DNA of 64,000 bases. Source: an uncultured Candidatus Saccharibacteria bacterium. GTDB taxonomy: Bacteria; Patescibacteriota; Minisyncoccia; Phycocordibacterales; JACOZG01. Positions 47,851 to 58,192 of the stretch are shown piece after piece (position 1 is the first letter of the stretch; each line of letters opens with the position of its first letter). The position numbers and the translations under genes are program-made. The stretch spans positions 144,684 to 208,683 of the forward strand of contig CAZYLF010000002.1 of the NCBI GenBank assembly GCA_964648765.1, written 5' to 3'. The notes below the pieces were generated by a model. The model made no database searches. It had not been told where the DNA came from and was given only the letters and a program-made list of their open reading frames with translations.

Positions 47851-48464
47851 TTTTTTAAGATAAAAAACCTATGATACTGGTTCTCAAATGGTACAAATTC
47901 TTTGATTATCCTAAAATATTTTTCAATTTCCCTACGGACATCCCTCTTACTATAACCTTTTTTCCCAATCTCCCAATAATGTTGGCCGTTGAATGTATGC
48001 TCTAGTGGTAATTTTAATTTGGTAGCAACCTTAATTTCTTGGATGAAAGGAAATTTAAACATAAATTTAATTGGGGGCCCAAAGTGAGGTAAACTTATAA
48101 TTACATTATTGCTTGCCACCCTCCTCATCTCCATTAATGCCTTCCCAAAATCACAATAGGGCAGGTGCTCTAAGACCTGGAAAGCACACACCAGGTCGAA
48201 CACTCCATCCTTGACTGGGATATCGCAGACACTACCAACATAGTCTGGGTTTAGGTCTTCAGCAATATCAAGATTTTTATATCCAATTTTGGTATTGTTT
48301 TTGATATACTGACCGAAAACTCCATCCCCCACACCAATTTCTAGAATATTAACTGGGGACAAGTTTATTACTTCCTTTATTTGAAAAAAATAACTAGACC
48401 ACCTATCTAAGTGGAGGTATTTATCAAAATTGTACGCCTCTCTATTTACCTGTTTTTTATGCAT
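47847..48464 (-). CDS. class I SAM-dependent methyltransferase
   Basis: LEIGVGDG, FQVLEHLP, HYWEIG motifs. Confidence 0.85.
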   Translation of the reverse strand: MHKKQVNREAYNFDKYLHLDRWSSYFFQIKEVINLSPVNILEIGVGDGVFGQYIKNNTKIGYKNLDIAEDLNPDYVGSVCDIPVKDGVFDLVCAFQVLEHLPYCDFGKALMEMRRVASNNVIISLPHFGPPIKFMFKFPFIQEIKVATKLKLPLEHTFNGQHYWEIGKKGYSKRDVRREIEKYFRIIKEFVPFENQYHRFFILKK

Positions 48465-49482
48465 ATTTAATTATATATGAGAAAACATACTCAAAAAACT
48501 TCTCAGGCGTAAGAAACAGTCCAAATGTCTGAATCGCCAATCTTTGCATATTTATGAAATCATCATTACTTAAATTCCTATAGAAACTACTTACTATGGT
48601 GTCAAGATTTTTAATATCACGGAAACTCGCCCTCAATATAAATTTATCATAGTTTATTATGCCCTCTAGCGGGAGTAATGTTTCTGTATCAACCATGAGC
48701 GGGATTCTGCCTAAAGACAACGTTTCAAAGAATCTTGCTGAGTAATTTCCATCACCCTTAACTGACAGAGTGAAATCGGAGTCAATTATATTCTTAATAT
48801 ACTCTTCCCTTACCCTCACAGGGTCCTCGCTAATTGTTGCACTATGACCAGAATATGTCTTTCTAACAATAAAATTAGTACTAATCAAGTGACTGTTTTT
48901 CAGGATTTTTAATGCCCTAATTCTAAAAAATATACCTTTTTTGTGACTTTCTTTGTTCCTATCAAATAAACATAATAGGGAGTTAAGTTGATTTTTAATA
49001 AAGTACTTCAATTTATATTTCCTCCCGCCAAAACCGGCCCAACCTACAAACCCAACAGTTGGTAAGTGTTGTTTCTCTCTCGCAACAAAAGCAAACTTTA
49101 GCCCAAGATTCTCAACAAGTGGTGGAATTATTATTTCATTATGTTTTTTTTTATATTTATACTGAGAAGTTCTGAGAATTATTGAGTTCGGAATATTGAT
49201 ATCCTCATCGGAATCACCGTAAGCAAAGACTATCACCTTCAGACCTGTTTTTTCTGAGAGATCAATCAATTCGTTTAAATATTTTATATTTTTTTTTATA
49301 CTAAAATAATTATGAGGTAAAAGTATAAAATCAGCTTCACTAAGTTCGACATAGGCTAAAAAGGTGTTTGACACTTCCCCTTCAAATAATTTCCCTGTTT
49401 TATTAGTTCCAAACTCTCCACTCAAAAAACTTAAATGTTCGACCCCAACCTCGCGCTTGAATAAATTAACTTTAGTTTTCAT
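48457..49482 (-). CDS. exostosin (GT47)-like protein
   Basis: SDFTLSVKGDGNYSARFFETLSLGRIP motif. Confidence 0.75.
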   Translation of the reverse strand: MKTKVNLFKREVGVEHLSFLSGEFGTNKTGKLFEGEVSNTFLAYVELSEADFILLPHNYFSIKKNIKYLNELIDLSEKTGLKVIVFAYGDSDEDINIPNSIILRTSQYKYKKKHNEIIIPPLVENLGLKFAFVAREKQHLPTVGFVGWAGFGGRKYKLKYFIKNQLNSLLCLFDRNKESHKKGIFFRIRALKILKNSHLISTNFIVRKTYSGHSATISEDPVRVREEYIKNIIDSDFTLSVKGDGNYSARFFETLSLGRIPLMVDTETLLPLEGIINYDKFILRASFRDIKNLDTIVSSFYRNLSNDDFINMQRLAIQTFGLFLTPEKFFEYVFSYIIKYA

Positions 49483-50527
49483 CTTTTATAATTTTTGAAA
49501 TACGGACAGTTAAATTCTCTACGCTTGCCATTTCCCCAACTTTAACTTTTAAATAACAGCCAATGTCGTTTATTACCTCTCTCTTGTTTACAAGTGAGAC
49601 AATTTTCGCCGCTAAATCTCTATAGTCTCCGTATTTAAATATTAGGTCACCATTATACGCATCAAAGTATGGTAAGAAACTTTCGTTAGAGGAAAGAACT
49701 GGTGTCGATGAAGCCATAGACTCTAGAACGGCTTTATCTACCCCACCAGTAAACGTCATATTAACCGTCACAGTTGCCCAGTTATAATAATCTTTTATTT
49801 TATAATACGGCACACTATCAACAAAAGAAATGTATTTTTCAAGAGTGAGATTACTAATTAAATTTTTAATCTCCGTCACATATTTTAGATCATCAGATGT
49901 GATAGGGCCACCTACAAGTTGAACCTTTAGGGCACTCACTTCATCTTTTACAATACTGATCGCCCTCACAAGAGTCTCAATATTTTTTATTCTCGTTACC
50001 CTGCCAACATGCAATATTTTTAGTTGACTGAAATCAAGCTTCTTTTGTAGATCATTAAACTGGGACAAATCTACCCCATGCCCAACAACCCTCAATTTGC
50101 TAGTTTTAATATTAAAACTTTTAGAAGATGCGGTAAATATGTTTCTGCAGAACAATAAAGACAAACGTAACTTAAGATCAACCTGCTTGTGGTTATACCA
50201 AAGATATATCAACTTACGACACACAAACCATACAGGGAACCCTAATGAGCAATAAGCGGGATTCATATGCACGAAAACCGCGTCGTAGTTTTTTCGCTCC
50301 TGCCAAATATATTTATAAAATCGGTAGAGGTATTTAAATCGAGATTTTCCTGACTCCTTGCTAAGAGATAATACTTTTACATTTTCAGGAAAAGAATATT
50401 TTCCCTTCTGTAAACAAATTACAGTTAACTTTTCGTAATGTTTAGAAAATTCTTCAATCCATCGATGAAAAAATCCAAGTATTGGATCATCAAGATCAAC
50501 TTTTTGAGTAATAATTAGTAACTTCAT
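49472..50527 (-). CDS. GT4 glycosyltransferase
   Basis: GHGVD, VGRVTRIKN, DKAVLESMAS motifs. Confidence 0.88.
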   Translation of the reverse strand: MKLLIITQKVDLDDPILGFFHRWIEEFSKHYEKLTVICLQKGKYSFPENVKVLSLSKESGKSRFKYLYRFYKYIWQERKNYDAVFVHMNPAYCSLGFPVWFVCRKLIYLWYNHKQVDLKLRLSLLFCRNIFTASSKSFNIKTSKLRVVGHGVDLSQFNDLQKKLDFSQLKILHVGRVTRIKNIETLVRAISIVKDEVSALKVQLVGGPITSDDLKYVTEIKNLISNLTLEKYISFVDSVPYYKIKDYYNWATVTVNMTFTGGVDKAVLESMASSTPVLSSNESFLPYFDAYNGDLIFKYGDYRDLAAKIVSLVNKREVINDIGCYLKVKVGEMASVENLTVRISKIIKDEN

Positions 50528-51516
50528 TTTAAAATTTCCATAATCTTACCAACCAAACATTGCTTATCTCCTACCGGGCAAACGTGACTTGTCACTTCAC
50601 CTGCGATACCAACGTTTGTTGAAACTATTGATAAACCACAAGTATTTGCCTCAACGAGAGTCATCCCATAGCCCTCGTAATATGAAGTCAGGAGAAACAG
50701 ATCGGCAGTTTTGTAATATGAAGCCAGATCGTTAGACCAACCTTCAAATTTTACATTATCATTACGATTCAATTTCTGAACCATACTCTTTAATTTGCCT
50801 TCCTGGGGCCCAGAACCAACAATAATTAAGCCAATTTTTGTGTTCTGCTTTGTGAGTATTGTCATAGCCTCAATTGCTAAGCCAATATTTTTTTCCCAAG
50901 TTAAACGCGAGGCCATTAAAATTATCTTTTCGAACTGAGAATACTTTTCATGAAGATTTGTTTTTACTGGTGCGGATTTAAGCTTTTCAAGATCTATATA
51001 AACCGGCCTTATTTCAATATTTGCTTTTAAATTTGGAAATTGTTTAGCCAATGAATCTTTTATCCTCTGACTTACCACGCGAATCTCATTTGCTTTAGGG
51101 ATAATTTTTTTAGCAATCATTAATCTGAATTTGTTCAAAACAGACTGCTTGCTAAAATATGGATTAAATAAATCAGTATGAATTTGTAAATGTAGCTTGG
51201 CCTTTATTTTTTTTGCAATCCTGAAACCAACTAAACCAGCCTCAAATGGATCTTGGCAAGTTACAATGTCAGCTTTAAAATTTAATTTTTTAGCCAGTTT
51301 GATTGCGTCAATAATATAAGTAAATCTAGAAACTGAGTTGGTGGGGTAGACAGTTAACTTTGGAGAGATTTCAGTAATTTTAAGACTTAAACTTTTTTTA
51401 GCAAAAACTATCACCTTAGTTTCTTCAGCACTTTCAGCATAGCTGGCCACGCGCGTGGCCACATCACTCCCGGGGGTAAATAGATTGCGGTCAGATCCAA
51501 TACTAATTATTTTCAT
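50524..51516 (-). CDS. GT4 glycosyltransferase
   Basis: SRLTWEKN, EGYGMTLVEA motifs. Confidence 0.88.
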   Translation of the reverse strand: MKIISIGSDRNLFTPGSDVATRVASYAESAEETKVIVFAKKSLSLKITEISPKLTVYPTNSVSRFTYIIDAIKLAKKLNFKADIVTCQDPFEAGLVGFRIAKKIKAKLHLQIHTDLFNPYFSKQSVLNKFRLMIAKKIIPKANEIRVVSQRIKDSLAKQFPNLKANIEIRPVYIDLEKLKSAPVKTNLHEKYSQFEKIILMASRLTWEKNIGLAIEAMTILTKQNTKIGLIIVGSGPQEGKLKSMVQKLNRNDNVKFEGWSNDLASYYKTADLFLLTSYYEGYGMTLVEANTCGLSIVSTNVGIAGEVTSHVCPVGDKQCLVGKIMEILK

Positions 51517-52499
51517 AATTCTATAAATTCATTTGCAATTTGTGACCATGAGCGATTAGCTTGGAGTAACTTTATATTTTCTTTTAACTTTTCATAAACC
51601 TCACTTTGACCTAAGTCCCCTATCGCTCGTGCGATTTTTTGCTCATCTCGAGTATCAACCAAAATCCCACATTTAAGAAATACACCAGGCAAACCAGTGT
51701 CCTCAGTTAAAATAAAGGGTTTGCCTAAAGCTAAACCATCAAGCACTAAATTAGGCGAGACTTCAGAAATTGAGGGTACAATAATAGCATGAGACTCGCT
51801 GACTCTACGAGATAACTCACTAGGAGAACTCACGGTGGTATCGAGTTTAATTGTAGTGTTATTTTTTTGAGCTAACTCAAATGCCCGAACCAAAACCAAC
51901 TTATTTTTTAATTTAATGTCACGAGCCGGGGCCAAAAATAGTTTGGCTTTGGAGTCATTGATTTTAGTAAATTCAAAATAATTTTCAATAATTTTTGTTT
52001 TAACAATATCCAACTTGTAAGGCTCCCTCCAAATTTGTCTCAACCAATCAGTATTAAAAACAACCAAATTAGCCCATCTCAAAACAGATCGAGTAAATTT
52101 AAATATGATTTTTTCTTTAAAAGAAAACTTTCTTGGCTTAATATAAAATTCCGACAATCTTACTGCCTCCCCCGTTCGCTCCACATACTTTTCCCACAAA
52201 AAATCTCCACCCGCACGAATAATTACCTTTTTCCCAAACAATTTTGCAGCTAAAATTGTTGGTAACGCCACACTGAACGTATCTAAAATTAAAACGAAGT
52301 CTGCACCACGCAGCTGGGCCAGAACCTTAAAGAAGTAAGCAACATGTCGAATGCCACTGGGCAAATTTCGTACGTCAGAAAACTTAGCCGTCTTAACGGT
52401 ATGGCCCAACTTTTGCCACTCCCTTTCTAAATTAAAAGCATATTGTGCTGGCCCCCCGATCTCAGGCGGAAAAAGTGGTGCAGCAATTAAAATTTTCAT
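51513..52499 (-). CDS. GT4 glycosyltransferase
   Basis: FPPEIGGPAQY, SEVSPNLVLD motifs. Confidence 0.85.
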   Translation of the reverse strand: MKILIAAPLFPPEIGGPAQYAFNLEREWQKLGHTVKTAKFSDVRNLPSGIRHVAYFFKVLAQLRGADFVLILDTFSVALPTILAAKLFGKKVIIRAGGDFLWEKYVERTGEAVRLSEFYIKPRKFSFKEKIIFKFTRSVLRWANLVVFNTDWLRQIWREPYKLDIVKTKIIENYFEFTKINDSKAKLFLAPARDIKLKNKLVLVRAFELAQKNNTTIKLDTTVSSPSELSRRVSESHAIIVPSISEVSPNLVLDGLALGKPFILTEDTGLPGVFLKCGILVDTRDEQKIARAIGDLGQSEVYEKLKENIKLLQANRSWSQIANEFIEL

Positions 52500-53596
52500 A
52501 AAATTTTTCGCATTTGGTTGGCGACTTGATCCCAAGTATATTTACTTAAAACTAAGTCTCTACCTTGGTTAGTTATTTTTTTAACTTCCTCTGAATTTTC
52601 TGGATTCAAAATAAATTTAATCTGATCGGCGATACTTTTTGGATTTTTTACTTCACAAACCCAACCAGTCTCACCAACTTTTAAAAAATCAGGGATTCCG
52701 CCCACGGGTGTACCCACGGTTGGTAACCCTGCTGCCATCGCCTCAAGAAATGAGTTGCCTAGACCTTCAGATAAGGATGGGCGCACAAACACATCCGCTT
52801 TGGCCAAATATTCTGGAATCTGTGAACCGTCAATTTGACCTAAAAATTTTACTCTATTTTCTAGCGCCAAACGGCAAGTGAGCGCTCGCAGTCTACCCTC
52901 ATCTTTACCTATCCCAAGCACCCACAAACTAACCTCGGGCGGAAGATAAGTCAACGAGGTAATTAAATCTGCAATACCATTCTTTTTTACCAATCTCGAA
53001 GTAGTAATAATAATTTTGCCAGATCGTGATGGCTCAACTTTATTTAAAAAATTATCTACATCTACACCATTAGGCACTACTGTCACGGGGCACTTAGCGC
53101 CAAACTTAATTGCTCGTTTAGCAAGAAAAGTTGAAATTGCTTGGATATGATCCGCGCGTCTGTATATCGCTTTATAAAGTGGTCGCATAAACCAAGTGCG
53201 AAGCCATATATCTAAAACTGAATCACCCTCTTGAAGTGTTAAAATATATTTAATATTTGGAAACTTCCATTTAAAAAATAACGCCGCGAGGGCACCTTGA
53301 TTGGCCATCATCGCCCACACCTCATTATACGGCTCTCTTTTGTGTAATCTTTTTGCTAAACGATACGCAGAAAATGGAAAAAATATTTTTGAAAATTTAC
53401 CCGCACCCAGTCGTCGCACCATAGCTGAGCCATACTTTTCAATTGGCACCTGCTGGCCGTCTAAATTTACCGTAATAATCTCAAACTGGTAATCATCTCC
53501 AGCCAAACGCTCAATAATCTCCCTAAGCGCCACTTCAGCCCCGCCCACAAACGGGTAATAAGCTAAAGAAAATACCAAAACTCGTTTTGCGGGCAT
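52496..53596 (-). CDS. GT4 glycosyltransferase
   Basis: GGAEVA, SRLVKKNG, EGLGNSFLEAMAAG motifs. Confidence 0.9.
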   Translation of the reverse strand: MPAKRVLVFSLAYYPFVGGAEVALREIIERLAGDDYQFEIITVNLDGQQVPIEKYGSAMVRRLGAGKFSKIFFPFSAYRLAKRLHKREPYNEVWAMMANQGALAALFFKWKFPNIKYILTLQEGDSVLDIWLRTWFMRPLYKAIYRRADHIQAISTFLAKRAIKFGAKCPVTVVPNGVDVDNFLNKVEPSRSGKIIITTSRLVKKNGIADLITSLTYLPPEVSLWVLGIGKDEGRLRALTCRLALENRVKFLGQIDGSQIPEYLAKADVFVRPSLSEGLGNSFLEAMAAGLPTVGTPVGGIPDFLKVGETGWVCEVKNPKSIADQIKFILNPENSEEVKKITNQGRDLVLSKYTWDQVANQMRKIL

Positions 53597-53600
53597 AAGG

Positions 53601-55355
53601 TTATTTTAATCCTAGCATACCCTCGAGCACATCTTTAGGGACTTCCTTGTTCTCTACTTTTACCTCTGGTTTTGTCTCAACCTTCGGTTCAGATTTTACT
53701 TCTGGTTTAATTTCAGGTTTAACCTCTTTTTTAGGTTCACTTTTTTCACCTTTCAACATTTCCGCGAGCGAAGCACGCAAATCGGCACGGGACTTTTCAC
53801 TACCAGCTTTGGCTTTTTCAGGAATTTTGTTTTTAAGAAAATTGAGCGGAACCACGGTCTTTGGTTTAGGAACAAATACTTCCTCTTTTGAAATATTTTT
53901 TGCCACTGGTGGCACTGGCACAACCTTACGAATCACTGGTGGAGGCGGTGTTGGGGTAATTGGTTTTACTGGAACGATTGGGGTAACTGGGGCAACAGTT
54001 TTGGCCACAACCTTTGGCACAGTCTCTCTACGCACAGGCAAACCATTTTCATCAAAATCTTTGGCTGTGTACCAAGCCTGAGTATCCTGCTCCACCTTCT
54101 CCCTAGGTTTAGCCCACTGAGTCCGCGAACTCTTTACAATCTCATCTTTAAGCGACGGGCCCCGAGGGGCAAGTGGGCCCATACCCACAGCCGAGAATGG
54201 TGGCGATCCTACCCCGTCGATCATTAAAGTAAGGTACATTTGATATTTACCCAAATTCACAATGTCCTCCTGCAAGAAAGTGGGTGAAAAAACTTTTTCT
54301 AACACCTCGGCGTCAAACGGGCCAACCCGAAATGAAATAAGTGAACCCACGTTTCCAAACACCGCCGCCCTCACCTCCTCCGACATCTGCTCTACATATT
54401 GATGGGCAATAGTTAATGAGAGTTTGTACTTACGAGCTTCAGATAAAATATTGGCAAAAGATTCGTTTGCAAAAGATTGGAACTCGTCTACAAAGAAATA
54501 AAATTGCGGCAAAGTTTTAAGTTCTGCGTTGCCAGCATTGGCGCGCGACATCGCAGTTAAGTAAATCTTGGTGATCAGCATTGAGCCAAGCAAATTAGCG
54601 TTGGTCTCGCCAATCCGGCCTTTGGATAAGTTCACGATCAAAATTTTGCGCTCGTCCATCATCTGCCGGAAATCAAAGGATGATTTGGGCTGGCCGATAA
54701 TATTACGAATTAGTGGGTTAGCAGTAAATTGACCAATTTTATTTTGAATGGCTGGCACAGCCTCCGCTGCCATCCGCTCGGTGTATTTAGCAAACTCATC
54801 CACCCAAAAAGATTTTACTGATGGGTCACTCACGTTATCTACCACTTTTTTTCGGAAATCTTTATCAGCCAACATTCGGTTTACGCCAAGTAAAGTGGAA
54901 CCAGGATACTCAAGTAAAGCTAAAATTGTGTTGGTAAGAATATATTCCATCCGCGCGCTCCACGCATCCACCCAGATTTTTTTAAACGTGCTCATTAAGC
55001 CTGAAGCCACTAAATGTCGCTGATCTTTACCCACATCTTCCATCACGTTAAAAGAAACTGGATTATCAAGATCAAACGGCGCAAAGTAGATCACATCGCG
55101 GATGCGCTCTTCAGGCACGTATTCTAAAAGTTTTTCTGCGGAAGTGCCGTGAGGGTCGATAAAAGCTACGCCATGACCGTTCCAAATATCTTGGATGGCC
55201 ATGTTATCAAGCAAAGTAGATTTGCCCATACCAGTTTTACCGATCACATAAACGTGACGGCTTCGATCCTCGGATTTAATTCCGAAGGGTGTGCGCTTGC
55301 CGCGAAAGTCTGTGAGCGCAAAATAATTTTTATCTTTCCCCAACTCCGGAGGCAT
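53601..55355 (-). CDS. VirD4/TraG-like (HerA/FtsK-superfamily) ATPase with low-complexity tail
   Basis: HVYVIGKTGMGKS Walker A; IDPHG; VDEFQ; LSEARKY; AHQY motifs. Confidence 0.85.
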   Translation of the reverse strand: MPPELGKDKNYFALTDFRGKRTPFGIKSEDRSRHVYVIGKTGMGKSTLLDNMAIQDIWNGHGVAFIDPHGTSAEKLLEYVPEERIRDVIYFAPFDLDNPVSFNVMEDVGKDQRHLVASGLMSTFKKIWVDAWSARMEYILTNTILALLEYPGSTLLGVNRMLADKDFRKKVVDNVSDPSVKSFWVDEFAKYTERMAAEAVPAIQNKIGQFTANPLIRNIIGQPKSSFDFRQMMDERKILIVNLSKGRIGETNANLLGSMLITKIYLTAMSRANAGNAELKTLPQFYFFVDEFQSFANESFANILSEARKYKLSLTIAHQYVEQMSEEVRAAVFGNVGSLISFRVGPFDAEVLEKVFSPTFLQEDIVNLGKYQMYLTLMIDGVGSPPFSAVGMGPLAPRGPSLKDEIVKSSRTQWAKPREKVEQDTQAWYTAKDFDENGLPVRRETVPKVVAKTVAPVTPIVPVKPITPTPPPPVIRKVVPVPPVAKNISKEEVFVPKPKTVVPLNFLKNKIPEKAKAGSEKSRADLRASLAEMLKGEKSEPKKEVKPEIKPEVKSEPKVETKPEVKVENKEVPKDVLEGMLGLK

Positions 55356-55507
55356 TGTTTATTAATTGTAACATATAACACAAAACAAAAACGCTGCACC
55401 TTGTGAGTACAGCGTTCGATGACTTTTTTCTGATGTGAAATTTTACCTCCCACTTACACTAACTATTGTTTCTTTAATTTTCAACAAAAACTTAAAAATA
55501 TATGAGA

Positions 55508-56692
55508 CTACTTGTCAAGACCACCGGCGGTGTATTTGTTTGAGGGGTCCCACATCATCCAAGAGGTCAATCCAGCGTCGTAAACGGCCTGTTTTTGGGC
55601 TTTAATCATGTCGGCGGTATAGTCAGCCCCAAGGTCGAAATCCTGAAGCCAGGGACGCAATTTTAGAGGGCTGGAGGAGGCATTAGTAAGCTTAATTGAG
55701 GCTTGATCCATGGAATCTTTGATCACCTCATATGGCTTGGTGGCGGGGTTAGCAAAGCCAAGATACCCGGCCGCGTAATGCGAGGGGTAAACCATTGGTG
55801 CAATATAGTCAAAATAAGGTGCCGCCACCTCTAGAGTTTGGCCGATCCCCAAGTCATCTCTAGCGCTTGTAGTAAGCCCAAAAAGGTCAGCTGAAGTCAC
55901 CACCGGTAAATCACTTAGTCCTCGATCAAGATACTTAAAAAATTCTCCCATTTGTTTTACCCGAGTTGAACTAGCAAAATTAAAATGTTCATAGGTAATG
56001 TCTTTCATATTACCGTCTGAAGGGAAGCGAATATAATCAAAATTAATTTCGTCAAAGCCAAGCGCATAAGCATCACGAGAAATTAAAATGGTGTAGTCCC
56101 AAACTTCTTTAGCCCCAGCGTCGAGCCACGGAATGCCTTTGCGGTCGCGCCACACAGCACCGTCACTCTCACGCTTCACCGCGAGATCCGGGCGCTTATC
56201 AACCAAAAATTCATCTTGAAAAACAGCCACGCGTCCGATTACATAAATCCCCTTCTCGTGTAATTTACCAATAAATTCTTTGATGTCTGGGATTCTTAAT
56301 TGCTCAGCGCCAACCTCTTTAAGTTTTGGATTAGTCACGGGGAAAGCGATGTGGCCAGAGTAATCTTTAATATCAATTACTAAAGAATTAATTTCTGTTT
56401 CGTCAGTTAATTTTAAAATATGATCTCTAAAACTTTTGGTGCCGGCGGCCCATGATGTGAGATAAAGCGCCTTGAGCGGTTCAGGAGTTGATAAATGCGT
56501 CACAATAAATTCTGGCTCTTTTGGTTCTTCTTGCTCCACAGCCACTACGACTTCCGCCACATAATTTACTGGTGCATCTTTAAACCACGGTACCCGCCAA
56601 AGCAAAGCAAATCCGAGCGCTACCAACGCGACAGGCAAAACTAAAAAAAGAGCTGCCGTGCGTGTGTGATTTTTAGGATTGAAGTTTTTCAT
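55508..56692 (-). CDS. putative glycoside hydrolase (DUF4015-like), membrane anchored
   Basis: VIDIKD, GFDEINFDYIRFP, PMVYPSHY, RPWLQDF motifs. Confidence 0.8.
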   Translation of the reverse strand: MKNFNPKNHTRTAALFLVLPVALVALGFALLWRVPWFKDAPVNYVAEVVVAVEQEEPKEPEFIVTHLSTPEPLKALYLTSWAAGTKSFRDHILKLTDETEINSLVIDIKDYSGHIAFPVTNPKLKEVGAEQLRIPDIKEFIGKLHEKGIYVIGRVAVFQDEFLVDKRPDLAVKRESDGAVWRDRKGIPWLDAGAKEVWDYTILISRDAYALGFDEINFDYIRFPSDGNMKDITYEHFNFASSTRVKQMGEFFKYLDRGLSDLPVVTSADLFGLTTSARDDLGIGQTLEVAAPYFDYIAPMVYPSHYAAGYLGFANPATKPYEVIKDSMDQASIKLTNASSSPLKLRPWLQDFDLGADYTADMIKAQKQAVYDAGLTSWMMWDPSNKYTAGGLDK

Positions 56693-56858
56693 TATCACTT
56701 TCAAGCTTAGTGCCAGCTAAAGAAAACAGGGTAATGAAAAATCCTAAAACAAAAAAAATCGCTGTTTTAATTGAGTAGGGCAGACCGGAGAAGGGCAGAA
56801 CCATAACCAGAATTCCTAAAAAAAGATTGTGCCAATTTTTAATCCGTCGCGCGTCCAT
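56673..56858 (-). CDS. small 2-TM hypothetical protein
   Basis: LGILVMVLPFSGLP motif; TATAAT 7 nt before the ATG. Confidence 0.6.
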   Translation of the reverse strand: MDARRIKNWHNLFLGILVMVLPFSGLPYSIKTAIFFVLGFFITLFSLAGTKLESDNEKLQS

Positions 56859-56878
56859 TGGCTTCATTATAGAGTAAA

Positions 56879-58129
56879 TTATTTAGTGAGCAAATTTTCG
56901 CCAACTTTGTAGGCCTCCCCCGCCCCCATGGTCATCAAAAGGTCACCTTCACTAAGTTCCAAACGGAGCGACTTTTCCGCTTCGGCAAAGTCGCTTACCG
57001 CCCGCGCCACCGATTTAACTTTATTAACTTCACTTGCGAGGATTTGATGATTAATACTTGGGTCAGAAGCTTCGCGCGCAGCGTAAATTGGTGCCACAAG
57101 CACTAAATCTGCTAAGGCCAAAGCCTGAGCAAAATCTGCCAAAAGTTGTTTGGTGCGACTATAGAGATGAGGCTGAAAGAAAATCACTAAGCGCTTATTT
57201 GGGTAAAGCTCGCGTACACCTTGGATAGTGGCCCGGATCTCGGTTGGATGATGAGCATAATCTTCATAAACAATAGCTCCATTAAACTCCCCTTTATACT
57301 CAAACCTCCGCCAAGCACCTCTGAACTTGTTGAGCGCACCTACCGCAACTTCTGCCCTAATCCCAAGCGCCTCGGCTACAGCAAGCGCGGCTTGAGCATT
57401 TCTTACATTATGCGCACCGGGGACGCGGAGTTTAAAATCTGTAGACATTTTTTGATACTCATTCTCCGTTATCACCTTTTCAGACTTGGCAGAGATTTCT
57501 GCAAACGCTAATTTAATATCTGTGAGATCTTTGTAATAATCCAAATGATCAGCGTCTATATTAGTGATCACTAAAATTTTTGGCGAAAGGTTTAAAAATG
57601 AGCGTTTGTACTCACAAGCTTCAACGACTAAGTACCCGACCGAACGGCCGTTCAGCCGGGCGGGATCACTCTTTCCAGCAATAAAATTTGTCCGCGTGCC
57701 GTCTTCTCGCAAGAGGAAACTGCCAATAATCACCGTTGGGTCCAAACCCGCCTCAATTAAAATTTGAGCAATCATGGCTGTGGTGGTAGTTTTGCCGTGT
57801 GTACCCGAAACAGCAATGGTGAATTTTTCTCGCGAAAGTTCGCCAAGAGTTTCAGGATACGTTTGGCATTTAATCCCCTCTTTTTTCGCTTCCACTAATT
57901 CTGGATTGTCTGCAGGGATCGCGATGGTGTGCACCACGAGCGTGGTGCCCGCTTCTACATTTTCTTTTTTGTGCTCGAAGTTTATTCGCGCGCCTAATTT
58001 AATTAACTCATCCGTCACCGGTGAGTGTGACTGATCTGAGCCGGTGACTTCCGCGCCTTCCAAAATCATCATCCGGGCAATTGCCGACACCCCAATCCCG
58101 CCGATGCCAATAAAGTGGACTTTTTTCAT
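56879..58129 (-). CDS. murC: UDP-N-acetylmuramate--L-alanine ligase
   Basis: HFIGIGGIGVS, GTHGKTTTT, VEACEY, DYAHHPTE, FQPHLYSRT motifs. Confidence 0.96.
   Translation of the reverse strand: MKKVHFIGIGGIGVSAIARMMILEGAEVTGSDQSHSPVTDELIKLGARINFEHKKENVEAGTTLVVHTIAIPADNPELVEAKKEGIKCQTYPETLGELSREKFTIAVSGTHGKTTTTAMIAQILIEAGLDPTVIIGSFLLREDGTRTNFIAGKSDPARLNGRSVGYLVVEACEYKRSFLNLSPKILVITNIDADHLDYYKDLTDIKLAFAEISAKSEKVITENEYQKMSTDFKLRVPGAHNVRNAQAALAVAEALGIRAEVAVGALNKFRGAWRRFEYKGEFNGAIVYEDYAHHPTEIRATIQGVRELYPNKRLVIFFQPHLYSRTKQLLADFAQALALADLVLVAPIYAAREASDPSINHQILASEVNKVKSVARAVSDFAEAEKSLRLELSEGDLLMTMGAGEAYKVGENLLTK
57635..57664. repeat. palindromic element in-frame in murC (PARLNGRSVG)
   Basis: CCCGACCGAACGGCCGTTCAGCCGGGCGGG hairpin interrupting GKSD/YLVVEA. 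Confidence 0.65.
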
Positions 58130-58192
58130 TATTTCGCTAGTATAACAGGCGGGTAGGACATTGAACAATTCTCTTTTTCAGGGAGGTAGATA

